The translations under genes were made by a program, and so were the position numbers. The notes beneath the pieces were generated by a model. The model was not told the DNA's origin. It did not search any database and worked only from the letters and a program-made list of their open reading frames with translations. Of a stretch of DNA of 64,000 nt, positions 11,356-21,039 are shown piece after piece. The stretch comes from Candidatus Desulfaltia sp. (GTDB taxonomy: Bacteria > Acidobacteriota > Aminicenantia > Aminicenantales > UBA8522), in NCBI GenBank assembly GCA_035528895.1, contig DATKXS010000157.1, forward strand, positions 1,843-65,842, in the 5' to 3' direction. The first letter of the stretch is position 1; every line of letters starts with the position of its first letter.

Positions 11356-11487
11356 ACGCGTCGGCCGTCGCGGACGACAACCTTGCCGTTCTTGATGACG
11401 TGGCGGATGGGGTTCCAGCCAAGCTGCAGGACAAAGAGCGTCGAGCCGACTATCGAGCTTCCGGGGTGGAAATCCGAATAGAAAATA
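11352..11487 (-). pseudogene. decayed 3'-terminal fragment of a hutI-like amidohydrolase gene (duplicate of the 13961-14275 region with a ~165-nt internal deletion)
   Basis: Translation ...[36 protein letters not shown] parallels the C-terminus of the 13961..15241 protein. The nucleotide segments 11364-11425 and 11426-11487 are ~85% identical to 13983-14046 and 14213-14275. Confidence 0.7.
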
Positions 11488-11584
11488 CCGAGACCGAATG
11501 GTTTGATTCTCCTCCCTTGCGCGAAGATTTGTTTTTCCTTAATATGTATCAGGCCGATAGAATTGTGCGATGAAGGAGAAGAAA

Positions 11585-12664
11585 ATGAAAAAACGAAACT
11601 GGCTGATGCTGCTGTCGGTCTGTCTGCTGCTGGCCGGTTGGAGCGTGATTCAGGCTTCGGCCGATGAAAAAACACCGCCGCCGCTCACGCAGGTCAACGG
11701 ACAGCAGCTGGGTCCGGAACGGCTTGGCCCCCTGCCGCCCGTGGTGGCTCCGCCCAATAACCCGCCATCGAGCGCCAAAATTCATCTGGGTAAGTTGCTC
11801 TATTTTGATACCCGTCTCTCCGCCGACAACACGGTCAGTTGTGCCACCTGCCATGACCCGGCCATGGGCTGGTCCGATGCCGGCCCCACCAGCAAGGGTA
11901 TCCGCGGCCAGATGGGTGGCCGACGGTCCCCTCCGGTTTCCAATGCCGCCTACAATCCGCTGCAATTCTGGGATGGCCGAGCACCCTCGCTCGAGGAACA
12001 AGCCAAGGGCCCGATCCAGAATCCGATCGAGATGGGGAACACGCATGAGGCGATGATCCGCACCGTCGACCAAATCCCCGGCTATGTCGAGGAATTCAAG
12101 AGAGTTTATGGCGAAGGGCCCATGACTGTCCAGCAGGTGGCGGATGCCATCGCCGCCTTCGAGCGTACGGTTGTCACTACGGACTCACGGTTCGACCGCT
12201 ATGCGCGCGGCGAGCACGATGCCCTGACCAAGCTGGAGAAACAGGGGCTGGAGATCTTCAACGGCAAAGGACACTGCACGGCCTGCCACTGGGGCCCGAA
12301 CTTCAGCGACGGCCGTTTCCATAACCTTGGTGTGCCGCCAACGGATCCCAAGAATCCTGATTTAGGGCGCTATGTCGTGACGAACAACCCGCGCGACATG
12401 GGCGCCTTCAAGACGCCTACTGTCCGCGACGCGGCTCTGCGCCCTCCCTACTTACATGACGGCTCAGAAAAAACCCTGGAATCGCTGCTTGAATTCTATA
12501 ACCGCGGCGGCAGCAAGGATCCCAACCTCGATCCGCTGATGGTGCCTCTGGGCCTGAGCAAGCTGGAGAAAAAGGCCCTGGTAGCTTTCATCCAGGCCTT
12601 GAACAGCCTCAACCCGGAAGTCGCTGCTGTCAATCCGATTCTGCCGGACGAACTGCCGAAGTGA
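11585..12664 (+). CDS. ccpA: di-heme cytochrome c peroxidase (CcpA/MauG family), periplasmic
   Basis: Signal peptide, two CxxCH motifs (CATCHDP, CTACHWGPNF) about 145 aa apart and the W/FDGRAPSLEEQA motif. AGGAG RBS before the ATG at 11585. Confidence 0.85.
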   Translation: MKKRNWLMLLSVCLLLAGWSVIQASADEKTPPPLTQVNGQQLGPERLGPLPPVVAPPNNPPSSAKIHLGKLLYFDTRLSADNTVSCATCHDPAMGWSDAGPTSKGIRGQMGGRRSPPVSNAAYNPLQFWDGRAPSLEEQAKGPIQNPIEMGNTHEAMIRTVDQIPGYVEEFKRVYGEGPMTVQQVADAIAAFERTVVTTDSRFDRYARGEHDALTKLEKQGLEIFNGKGHCTACHWGPNFSDGRFHNLGVPPTDPKNPDLGRYVVTNNPRDMGAFKTPTVRDAALRPPYLHDGSEKTLESLLEFYNRGGSKDPNLDPLMVPLGLSKLEKKALVAFIQALNSLNPEVAAVNPILPDELPK

Positions 12665-12674
12665 GGAGGAGACT

Positions 12675-13934
12675 ATGAAAAAAACGTTAACTCTCCTTTT
12701 AATCGGCGCTGCAGCGCTTCTTTTCTTCGCTCAGACCCTGTCCGCCATTCCGGCCTTTGCGCGAAAGTACGGCTTCAACTGCAACATGTGCCATGTGGCC
12801 TTTCCCAAATTGAATGATTTCGGCCAGCGTTTCCGCGACAACGGTTACCAGATCCCCGGCCAGGCCGGCCTGGAGAAGACAATCTTCGAGACGGCCATCC
12901 CCTTCGCTGTCCGGACCACGACTGGCTATTCCTCGTACAATAACGGCCTTGATACAGCCGCCGGATTTCACCTCTTCGGACTGGACCTGCTCGCGGCCGG
13001 AGTTCTCCACAAGAACATTTCGTTCCTTTTTGTTTACACGCCGCGCATCGACGAGCCGGCGGCCGATTTTTTAGGCGCCGGCAACGGCAACAACCCCGCA
13101 CAATTAGCGGCCATCGAGTCGGCCAACCTGGTCTTCAGCAACCTAATCCAGGATAAGCTCAACCTGCGCGTCGGCCGCTTCGAGCCGGGCTATCAGCTGC
13201 TCAGTTCCAAGCGCCTTTACTATCTCCTCCAGTCTTACGAAATATACGGCTTCGTCCCCGGCGGGAATGGGTTCGATTTTTCCGCCAATCACATCGGAAT
13301 CGAAGCCACCGGTCGCTTCAGGCACGGTTTCAAGTACGGGCTGGGATTTATCAATGGCAACGCCGGCGACCCCGACAACAACAGGTTCAAGGACCTCTAT
13401 TTTGTCCTGTCCAAGACCCTTGGACCCGGCGAAGGCCAGTCGGCCGGGCAGCGCTTCGGCCTCTTCGGCTATCTCGGTTGGCAGCCGACCGTTTACACGG
13501 GCTCCAGCGTCTCTCCCTTGGGCGATGTCAGCGGCAAAGAGAACAAGAGCTTCTACCGCTGGGGCGGCGACCTCAGCCTCAACTGGAAGACCTTTAACCT
13601 GCAGACTGTGGCTTTCCGCGGGGTGGACAATAAGGCCTTCAATGACCTCAACCCGGCCAAGGACTATTCGTTTTGGGGTGGAGCCGTCCAGCTCGATTGG
13701 GCCGGCCTGGCCAACAACCGCCTCGTGGCGTCGCTGATGTACAACTGGGTGCGTCCGCCCGGCGAGGAGAGCATTAGCCGATTGAGCTGCTACTCGGGGC
13801 TTGTGCGCTACTATCTAGGCAGCTGGACGGCGGTGAATGTCGCCCTGCACGCCGAATATACCCATCGTGTGGTCGGCGCCGACAATCCGTTCAAGGACGA
13901 TCTGTTTACCCTGCTGCTCGATTTTGATTTTTAG
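12675..13934 (+). CDS. outer-membrane fused monoheme cytochrome-porin candidate (Cyc2-like)
   Basis: AGGAGG RBS. Signal peptide MKKTLTLLLIGAAALLFFAQTLSA, then PAFARKYGFNCNMCH with a single CxxCH ~13 aa into the mature protein. A ~380 aa Gly/Tyr/aromatic-rich region with alternating hydrophobic residues follows, and the C-terminus ends in F (LLLDFDF), as in OM beta-barrels. Confidence 0.55.
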   Translation: MKKTLTLLLIGAAALLFFAQTLSAIPAFARKYGFNCNMCHVAFPKLNDFGQRFRDNGYQIPGQAGLEKTIFETAIPFAVRTTTGYSSYNNGLDTAAGFHLFGLDLLAAGVLHKNISFLFVYTPRIDEPAADFLGAGNGNNPAQLAAIESANLVFSNLIQDKLNLRVGRFEPGYQLLSSKRLYYLLQSYEIYGFVPGGNGFDFSANHIGIEATGRFRHGFKYGLGFINGNAGDPDNNRFKDLYFVLSKTLGPGEGQSAGQRFGLFGYLGWQPTVYTGSSVSPLGDVSGKENKSFYRWGGDLSLNWKTFNLQTVAFRGVDNKAFNDLNPAKDYSFWGGAVQLDWAGLANNRLVASLMYNWVRPPGEESISRLSCYSGLVRYYLGSWTAVNVALHAEYTHRVVGADNPFKDDLFTLLLDFDF

Positions 13935-13960
13935 GCCCGGCTGGACCATTGGCGAGAGTG

Positions 13961-15241
13961 TTAAAAAGAAGAATTTCGTTTTCCGTCGCGGACGACGACC
14001 CGGCCGTTCTTGATGACGTGACGGATGGGGTTCCAGCCGAGCTCGTAGACTAGAGACGCATATTCGGGAACGTCGCAGAGCAGCATGTCCATCTTTTTTC
14101 CGACCTCGAGGCTGCCGATGCTGTCGTGTCGGCGCAGCGCAAAGGCCGCGTTGGCCGTTACCGCGTTGAGCGCTTCCTCGATGCTCATCTTCAAGAGATA
14201 CACGCCGAGCTGCATCACAAAGAGCATCGAGCCGATCATCGAGCTCCCGGGGTTGAAATCCGAGGCTAGGTTAAGGGCGGCGCCGGCATCGATGAGCCTT
14301 CGTGCCGGCGCCTTTTTTTCGAGCATCAGGAAAAAGGACACAGACGGCAGGAGGGTGGCCGCTGTTTCGCTCCGGGAAAGGACCCGGATTCCCTTTTCCG
14401 TGATGCTGATCAGATGGTCGGCCGAGGCTGCCCCGACCTCGGCCGCCAACTCTGCCCCTCCCAGGGCAGAGAATTCGTCGGCGTGGATCCTGATCTTGAA
14501 CCCGGCCCGCTTGGCCGCTTCGGCCAGCCGCCTGGTTTCTTCCACCGAAAACACACCCTTTTCGCAGAAGACATCGAAGAACTCGGCCAGATCCCGGCGG
14601 CGCACTTCAGGCATGATCTTCTTGATGAGGAGGTCGATGTAAGCGCTCTTCCGGGTCTTGTACTCCTTCGGGATATCGTGAGCGCCCATGAAAGTGGAAA
14701 CGATGTCCACCGGATGATGTCGAGCGGCCTCTTTCAGCACCTCGAGCTGCTTGATCTCGTCCTTGAGGTTCAAACCGTATCCGCTCTTGGCCTCGACCGT
14801 CGTCGCGCCGTGCAGCATCATCCGGTCGAGCCGCGCCAGGCACAGTGAGAGGAGGTCTTTTTTGGAAGCCCGGCGCGTCGCTGCGACCGTCGTTTGGATC
14901 CCCATCCCTTTCTTTGCCAGTTGCTGGTAGGTATATCCCCGCAGCCGCAGCCGGAATTCCTCGACCCGGTTCCCGGCGAAGGGGAGATGGGTATGGGAAT
15001 CGACGAACCCGGGCAGTCCGACCATCCCGGTCCCATCTAAGTGCACCGCCGAGCGTTCCGGTCGGACCTTGGCCCTGAAGTCCCTTTCCTTTCCGATGAA
15101 GACGATCCGGCCCCTGGAGGAGGCAATCCAGGCTTTATCCACCGGCCCGGCATCCTGCAGGGCGTTCTCCCTTTTCGGGATCGGTCCCCGGCAGGTGACG
15201 AGCCGGCGGCAGCCCTGGACGACGAGGTCAGCCGAGGTCAT
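13961..15241 (-). CDS. hutI: imidazolonepropionase-like amidohydrolase (HutI family)
   Basis: The [13 protein letters not shown] metal-binding motif and the overall pattern match HutI. Its start overlaps the ftsZ stop by 14 nt. Confidence 0.75.
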   Translation of the reverse strand: MTSADLVVQGCRRLVTCRGPIPKRENALQDAGPVDKAWIASSRGRIVFIGKERDFRAKVRPERSAVHLDGTGMVGLPGFVDSHTHLPFAGNRVEEFRLRLRGYTYQQLAKKGMGIQTTVAATRRASKKDLLSLCLARLDRMMLHGATTVEAKSGYGLNLKDEIKQLEVLKEAARHHPVDIVSTFMGAHDIPKEYKTRKSAYIDLLIKKIMPEVRRRDLAEFFDVFCEKGVFSVEETRRLAEAAKRAGFKIRIHADEFSALGGAELAAEVGAASADHLISITEKGIRVLSRSETAATLLPSVSFFLMLEKKAPARRLIDAGAALNLASDFNPGSSMIGSMLFVMQLGVYLLKMSIEEALNAVTANAAFALRRHDSIGSLEVGKKMDMLLCDVPEYASLVYELGWNPIRHVIKNGRVVVRDGKRNSSF

Positions 15242-16442
15242 TCGGGTGTTTTCTCAGCCCGGAATGTTTGCTCCGCCGGATGAAGGTCGGAGTCTCATAA
15301 GGCTCATACTGCTTCTCCCAGGCCGGCGGCTCCCAGAGAGGCGCTTTCCCGCCCTTCGGTTCGAACAGGTAGGTCGGCGTATCCGAATCAACCTGGAAAG
15401 GGGGAGGGGTTTGCCGCAACGGCCGGGGCAACTCTGCTTCCACCGCGCCCTCTTTCTCTTTGACCGTCTCGAACCCGGTGGCGATGACCGTCACCTTGAC
15501 CATCTCCTTCATCGAATTGTCGATGACCGTGCCGAAGATAATGTTGGCCTCGGGATGGGCCATCCGATGGATGAGCTGCGACGACTTGGAGACTTCGTGG
15601 AGGGTCAAATCCTTCCCGCCCGTGATGTTGATGAGCACACCCTTGGCCCCCTCGATCGAAGTGTCGACGAGCAGCGGGCTGGAGATGGCTTTCTGGGCCG
15701 CGTCCATGGCCCGGTTCTCGCCCGAAGCGATCCCGGTCCCCATGAAGGCCATGCCCATCCCCTTCATGATGGACTTGACGTCGGCGAAGTCGAGGTTGAT
15801 GAGCCCCGGCTTGGTGATGAGGTCGCTGATACCCTGGACCGCCTGCCTCAAGATATCGTCGGCCAGCTTGAAGGCGTCCTGGATGGAGGTATCGAGGTTG
15901 ACGGTCTGGAGAAGCCTCTCGTTGGGGATGGCGATGACCGTGTCCACGGCGCCCTTCAGTTCTTTGAGCCCTTCCTCGGCCTGCTTGGCCCTGACTCGGC
16001 CTTCGAACTCGAAGGGCAGGGTGACGATGGCGATGGCCAGGATGTCCATCTCCGAAGCCAGGTTGGCCAGGATCGGTGTGGCGCCCGTTCCCGTTCCGCC
16101 GCCCAGGCCGGTCGTCAGGAAGACCATGTCGGCGCCCTGGATGAGCCCGATCAGTCTCTCGGTATCCTCGACGGCCGCCTGCTTTCCGGTCTCGGGCCGC
16201 CCGCCGGAGCCGAGTCCCTTGGTGATCTTGGCGCCGATCTGGAGCTTGGCCTTGGCCCGGTTGTTGTTCAGGGCTTGGACGTCGGTGTTCACGGCGATGA
16301 ACTCGACGCCTTCGATCCCCGCCTCGATCATCCGGTTGACGGCGTTGCCGCCGCCGCCGCCGATGCCGAGGACCCTGATCTTGGCACCCATGGTGTCATC
16401 GACCAGATGAAACTTCAGTTTGCTGCTTGACTCGTCGTTCAT
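15228..16442 (-). CDS. ftsZ: cell division protein FtsZ
   Basis: Tubulin signature [18 protein letters not shown] and the C-terminal peptide ETPTFIRR. Confidence 0.97.
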   Translation of the reverse strand: MNDESSSKLKFHLVDDTMGAKIRVLGIGGGGGNAVNRMIEAGIEGVEFIAVNTDVQALNNNRAKAKLQIGAKITKGLGSGGRPETGKQAAVEDTERLIGLIQGADMVFLTTGLGGGTGTGATPILANLASEMDILAIAIVTLPFEFEGRVRAKQAEEGLKELKGAVDTVIAIPNERLLQTVNLDTSIQDAFKLADDILRQAVQGISDLITKPGLINLDFADVKSIMKGMGMAFMGTGIASGENRAMDAAQKAISSPLLVDTSIEGAKGVLINITGGKDLTLHEVSKSSQLIHRMAHPEANIIFGTVIDNSMKEMVKVTVIATGFETVKEKEGAVEAELPRPLRQTPPPFQVDSDTPTYLFEPKGGKAPLWEPPAWEKQYEPYETPTFIRRSKHSGLRKHPNDLG

Positions 16443-16460
16443 TTTGCCTCCTCTCCTTAC

Positions 16461-17681
16461 TTATTCCTTGAGCCAATCGCGCATCTTGGCCCAGAGTCCT
16501 TTCTTTCTATCTCTAGCTGCGCCATGTTCTTGCCATTGGCCGAACCCGTAAAGGATCAGGCCGACGGCCGTGGCGTAGTCGGGTGTGCTGACCCGGTCGA
16601 TCAGGCCGCTGACGCCCGCCGGGTCGCCGCGACGCACCGGCAGGTCGAAAATCTCTTCGGCGACCTCCTCCAGGCCCTCCAGCAGGGCCGTGCCGCCGGT
16701 GATGACGATGCCCGAGTTGAGGGACTTTTCGTAGCCCATCCGCCTTATGTCGCCGTCCACGAGGCGGAAGATCTCCTCGGCCCGGGGCTGGATAATGTCG
16801 GACAGGATCTGCCTGGACAGGATCCGCGGTTTCCGGCCTTTGCCGACCGAGGGGACCTCGATCGTCTCCTGCTCATCGACCGTGGGAACGGCGACACAGC
16901 CGAACTTTTTCTTGATCTTCTCGGCTTCGGGGATCGGTGTCCGCAGGCCGACGGCGATGTCGTTGGTGAAATTGTCGCCGCCGATGGGGATAATCGACGT
17001 GTACCAGAGGCTGCCGCGTTCGAAGATGGCCACCTCGGTCGTCCCGGCGCCGATGTCGATGAGGCCGACGCCCAGCTCTTTCTCGTCGTGGGTTAGAACA
17101 GCCGCGGCGGTCGCGATCTGGTTGAGGACGACCTGCTCGATCTCGATCTCGGCCCGCTCGACACAGGTCCTCAGGTTCTGGACCGAGGTGATAGCCGAGG
17201 TGATGATGTGGACATTGACCTCGAGCTTGATGCCGCTCATCCCCAGCGGCGCCTTGATCCCGTCCTGCTCGTCAACCACGAATTCCTGGGGGATGACGTG
17301 GATGATGTCCCTGTCGGGAGGGATAGAGACCGCCTTGGACTGGTCGATGACCCGGCGGATGTCCTCGCGGGTGATCTCCCGGTTCTTGCCGGAAACGGCG
17401 ATGACGCCGCGGCTGTTGAAGCTCTTGATGTGGGCGCCGGAGATGCCGACGAAGGCGGAGTCGATCTCGACACCCGCCATGAGCTCGGCCTCTTCCTGGG
17501 CCTTCTTGATGGCCGCCGTCGTGGCCTCCAGGTTGACGACCACTCCCTTGCGCAGCCCCTTGGACTCGGCCGTCCCGATGCCGATCACCTCGACCTTGCG
17601 GTCCTCGGTGATCTCACCGATGATGGCGGCGACCTTCTTGGTGCCGATATCCAGCCCGACGACGTAGCTGTTCTTGGGCAT
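16461..17681 (-). CDS. ftsA: cell division protein FtsA
   Basis: Actin-like ATPase motifs (VGLDIGTKKV, DIGAGTTEVAIF). Position upstream of ftsZ. Confidence 0.95.
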   Translation of the reverse strand: MPKNSYVVGLDIGTKKVAAIIGEITEDRKVEVIGIGTAESKGLRKGVVVNLEATTAAIKKAQEEAELMAGVEIDSAFVGISGAHIKSFNSRGVIAVSGKNREITREDIRRVIDQSKAVSIPPDRDIIHVIPQEFVVDEQDGIKAPLGMSGIKLEVNVHIITSAITSVQNLRTCVERAEIEIEQVVLNQIATAAAVLTHDEKELGVGLIDIGAGTTEVAIFERGSLWYTSIIPIGGDNFTNDIAVGLRTPIPEAEKIKKKFGCVAVPTVDEQETIEVPSVGKGRKPRILSRQILSDIIQPRAEEIFRLVDGDIRRMGYEKSLNSGIVITGGTALLEGLEEVAEEIFDLPVRRGDPAGVSGLIDRVSTPDYATAVGLILYGFGQWQEHGAARDRKKGLWAKMRDWLKE

Positions 17682-18553
17682 TAGTTCACCTCCTCCTGGG
17701 TGTTGGGAATGGCCGCCAGCTCCAGCGCCGGGAGCGGCTTGAAAATGATGCGATCGTCAAACCGCAGGTCCACGTACTCGAGCGGTCCGTTCTGACCCTC
17801 CATCTCTTCCAAGTAGGAGCGGATAAAAGAGAGCCTTTCCGAGAAGCGCTCGTCGCCGAGGATAAAGCGGGTCGTCAGTCCCCGCAGGAAAGCGCTGACG
17901 CAGTGGTTCTCGCTCAGGTCCAGCGCTTCCAGCTCCGGGCGTTGCTCCGGCGTCAGAGCGCTCAGGCATCGCCAGGCCAGGGCGATCTTCTCCCGGTAGC
18001 GGTTCTGAAAGAACGACCTGTCGAGAAGCAGCGGGAGGTTGACGTCTTCCCGCGCCGCCAGACTCTCCAGGCCGACGCCCTCTTCATCGATCATCAGGAA
18101 ACTCCCTCCGATCTTCAGCAGAGCCACCGGCTCTCTCTCCGTCAGCTCCACCTTCAGGGAGGACGGGAAGACTTTGCGCAGCCGCGCTTCCTTGACCCAG
18201 CGGTGCGACTCGAGCCGGTCCTGGAGGGCTCTGATATCGAGAAGCAGCAGGTTGCCGAACTTCGAAGAGTCGAGGAGCGCCCGGATGTCCCGGCCGACAA
18301 AATCGCGCCGGCAGACGACCTCGATCTTCTTGACCGCGAAATCGTCGCAGCTGACGAGGTAGAGGTATCCCTTTGTCAGGCCGAAAAAGAAGCCGGCGAG
18401 AACGACGAAAAAGAGGACGATGTGTCTCGACCGGACGGTCAGCTTCCGCTGGACTTTCTTGACCGGCGCCTTGGCCCGGCTGCGCTTGAATTCAAGCGGC
18501 TCCCCGTAGGCGGCGAGGGCGCGGTGCTTGAGCGAGGCGTTGAGGATGGCCAT
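17681..18553 (-). CDS. ftsQ: cell division protein FtsQ/DivIB
   Basis: Single TM helix followed by a POTRA-like region. Position between murC and ftsA. Shares a 1-nt overlap with ftsA. Confidence 0.85.
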   Translation of the reverse strand: MAILNASLKHRALAAYGEPLEFKRSRAKAPVKKVQRKLTVRSRHIVLFFVVLAGFFFGLTKGYLYLVSCDDFAVKKIEVVCRRDFVGRDIRALLDSSKFGNLLLLDIRALQDRLESHRWVKEARLRKVFPSSLKVELTEREPVALLKIGGSFLMIDEEGVGLESLAAREDVNLPLLLDRSFFQNRYREKIALAWRCLSALTPEQRPELEALDLSENHCVSAFLRGLTTRFILGDERFSERLSFIRSYLEEMEGQNGPLEYVDLRFDDRIIFKPLPALELAAIPNTQEEVN

Positions 18554-18555
18554 GG

Positions 18556-19944
18556 TCAGCGCTTTTCCTCCAGGGCGGCGATGATCTCGGGAACCGTCTT
18601 GGTGATGTTGCCCGCGCCTTGAGCCAGGATGATGTCTCCCGGCCGGGCCAGCCGCTTGAGGAGACGCGGCACTTTCTTGAGGTTGGGTTCGAAATGGACA
18701 TCCCTGTGGCCGAACCGTCGGATCTCCTCATAAAGCGCCTGGCCGGTGATCCCGGCGAGGGGCGCTTCGCCGGCCGGATAGACCTCGGTCACGACCAGGA
18801 CGTCCGCCTGGTTGAAGGCGGTGGCGAAACTGTCCATGAGCAGCGACAGCCGGGTGTAACGGTGCGGCTGGAAGACGACGATCAGGCGGCGCGCGAAGCC
18901 GCGCTTGGCCGCGTCCAGGGTGGCCCGGATCTCGGTCGGATGATGGCCGTAGTCCTCGATGATCATGATGTCGTCGACCTTTTTCTTCAGCTCGAACCGC
19001 CGGCCTGTCCCGGTATAGCTCTCCATCGCCCGGAGGATGACCTTCGGCGGGATGTCCAGGTCGAGCCCTGCGGCGACGGCGGCCATGGCGTTGGAGATGT
19101 TGTGCTTGCCCGGGACCTGGAGTTTCAGCGCCCCGAGCTTTTTCCCCTTGTAGTAGAGCGCCGAAGTGCTCCGGAACTCGGCGAAGCTGTGGTCGCGGGC
19201 GAAAACGTCCGCCTGGGTGGAGAAGCCGTAGGAAATGAGCCGGCGCTCGAGCTGGGGAATGAGGCTCTGCAGGTTCGGGTCGTCGAGACAGAGGATGATC
19301 GGGCAGTAGAAGGGGACCTTGTTGGCGAAGTTGACGAAGGTCCTCTTGATCTCCTCGACGGTCTGGTACTGGTCGAGATGTTCGTCGTCGATATTGGTCA
19401 GGACGGCGATGAACGGCGAGAGGTAGAGGAAGGAGCGGTCGCTTTCGTCGGCCTCGGCGACGATGAAATCGCCCGCCCCGAGCTTGGCGTTGGCGCCGAC
19501 GGTATTCAGCCGGCCGCCGACGATGATGGTGGGGTCGAACCCGCCGTGCTCGAGGACGAGGGCGATCATCGAGGTCGTCGTGGTCTTGCCGTGGGAACCG
19601 GCCACGGCGATACCGTACTTCATCCGCATCAGTTCGGCCAGCATCTCGGCCCGGGGGATCACCGGGATCTTGAGCCGGCGGGCCTCCTGGACCTCGACGT
19701 TGTCCTCCTTGACGGCCGAGGAGATGACGGCCACGTCCGCCCCGTGCACCCGTTCCCCCCGGTGGCCCTTATGCACCCGGGCCCCGAGGTCGGCCAGCCG
19801 GCGGGTGACATCGGTCGTCTGGAGGTCGGTCCCCGAGACCCTGTAGCCGAGGTTGATGAGCACTTCGGCGATACCGCTCATGCCCGTCCCGCCGATGCCG
19901 ATCATGTGGATGTGCTTGAGCTTACGGTATATTGACTTGACCAC
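18556..19944 (-). CDS. murC: UDP-N-acetylmuramate--L-alanine ligase
   Basis: N-terminus HMIGIGGTGMSGIAEVL and Mur ligase central and C-terminal motifs. Confidence 0.95.
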   Translation of the reverse strand: MVKSIYRKLKHIHMIGIGGTGMSGIAEVLINLGYRVSGTDLQTTDVTRRLADLGARVHKGHRGERVHGADVAVISSAVKEDNVEVQEARRLKIPVIPRAEMLAELMRMKYGIAVAGSHGKTTTTSMIALVLEHGGFDPTIIVGGRLNTVGANAKLGAGDFIVAEADESDRSFLYLSPFIAVLTNIDDEHLDQYQTVEEIKRTFVNFANKVPFYCPIILCLDDPNLQSLIPQLERRLISYGFSTQADVFARDHSFAEFRSTSALYYKGKKLGALKLQVPGKHNISNAMAAVAAGLDLDIPPKVILRAMESYTGTGRRFELKKKVDDIMIIEDYGHHPTEIRATLDAAKRGFARRLIVVFQPHRYTRLSLLMDSFATAFNQADVLVVTEVYPAGEAPLAGITGQALYEEIRRFGHRDVHFEPNLKKVPRLLKRLARPGDIILAQGAGNITKTVPEIIAALEEKR

Positions 19945-19953
19945 ATCGGCCTC

Positions 19954-21039
19954 CTATGCCTTCTCCTCCAGGAGCTCGAAACACAGCTCCGCGATCCGTC
20001 CGGCCGGGTCCTCGGACCTCAGGATGGCCAAGTTTTTCTCCATGGCGGTGATCCTTCCGGGGTGATCCAGATAGTAAAGAATCCGGTTCGCCAGAAACCC
20101 GGGAGTGAGCTCTTTTTCCAGGATCACTTCGGCGCCGTCCACCCGCGCCAGCTCTCCGGCGTTCTTGGCCTGATGATCTTCCGAGGCCAGGGCGAACGGG
20201 ACGAGCACGGCCGCCTTCCGGGCCACGATGAGCTCGGCGATGGTCGTGGCGCCGGCCCGGCCGATGACCAGGTCGGATTTTTCAAAATAGCCGGCCATGT
20301 CATGAAAGAAAGGGGCGACCTCGGCATCCGGAAAACCGTTCTGAACATAGCCCTCCTTGACCTTTTTGAAATCGGCCTCTCCCGTCTGGTGGAAGATGCG
20401 CAGCCGGCCTTTTTCGGCCGCGAGCAGGGGCAGGGCCGCGACCATGGTCTCGTTGAGGACGCGGGAGCCCTGGCTCCCTCCGAATACCAGGAGGGTGAGC
20501 GTCGCGGTCCGGGGCTTCGGCCGGATGCGGTGGAATTCCTCCCGGACGGGATTGCCCAGGAAAACCGCCTTTCCCTTGAAGTGGTCCAGAGAATTCTCGA
20601 AAGCGACCACCGCCTTTCGCACCCAATGGATGAGCAGACGGTTGGTGAACCCCGGTGTGAGGTTCTGCTCGAGGATCAGGGTGGGGATCCCGAGCAACGC
20701 GGCCGCGAGGACGACCGGCCCGGAGCTATATCCGCCGACACCGATGACCAGGCCGGGCTTAAGACGCACGAGGAGGGCCAGCGACCGGAAGAACGTGAAG
20801 GGAAGACAGACCATCGTTTTCAGGCCCTTCAGGCCGCGTCCTTTGATCCCTTCTATCCTCATCGGGATGAAATGGGCGCCGTATTTTTCCATGAGGGCTT
20901 TTTCGATGGGGCGTTGACCGCCGATGAAGGTCAGGTGGATGGCGGAATCTTTCTCCTGCAGCTTCCGGCCGACGGCCAGGGCGGGGTAGAGATGGCCTCC
21001 CGTCCCGCCACCGCTGATAACGACCCTTCGTGCCCTCAT
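19954..21039 (-). CDS. murG: UDP-N-acetylglucosamine--N-acetylmuramyl-(pentapeptide) pyrophosphoryl-undecaprenol N-acetylglucosamine transferase
   Basis: MRARRVVISGGGTGGHLYPALAV N-terminus. The true ATG at 21039 overlaps the ftsW stop (ATGA). The longer 592-aa ORF is a frame artefact. Confidence 0.95.
   Translation of the reverse strand: MRARRVVISGGGTGGHLYPALAVGRKLQEKDSAIHLTFIGGQRPIEKALMEKYGAHFIPMRIEGIKGRGLKGLKTMVCLPFTFFRSLALLVRLKPGLVIGVGGYSSGPVVLAAALLGIPTLILEQNLTPGFTNRLLIHWVRKAVVAFENSLDHFKGKAVFLGNPVREEFHRIRPKPRTATLTLLVFGGSQGSRVLNETMVAALPLLAAEKGRLRIFHQTGEADFKKVKEGYVQNGFPDAEVAPFFHDMAGYFEKSDLVIGRAGATTIAELIVARKAAVLVPFALASEDHQAKNAGELARVDGAEVILEKELTPGFLANRILYYLDHPGRITAMEKNLAILRSEDPAGRIAELCFELLEEKA

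Noticed and set aside
11352-11675. 107-aa minus-strand ORF
   Set aside because: It is not a gene. It is the decayed hutI 3' fragment read through into the ccp upstream region.
15069-16430. 453-aa ORF on the plus strand antisense to ftsZ, and similar long antisense ORFs throughout the dcw genes (for example 20062-21357, 23606-24370, 24564-25901, 26426-27496, 28012-29253)
   Set aside because: High-GC genomes produce long stop-free antisense frames. The translations are low-complexity (Arg/Gly/Pro/Asp-rich) with no motifs and no RBS, while the sense strand encodes highly conserved proteins.
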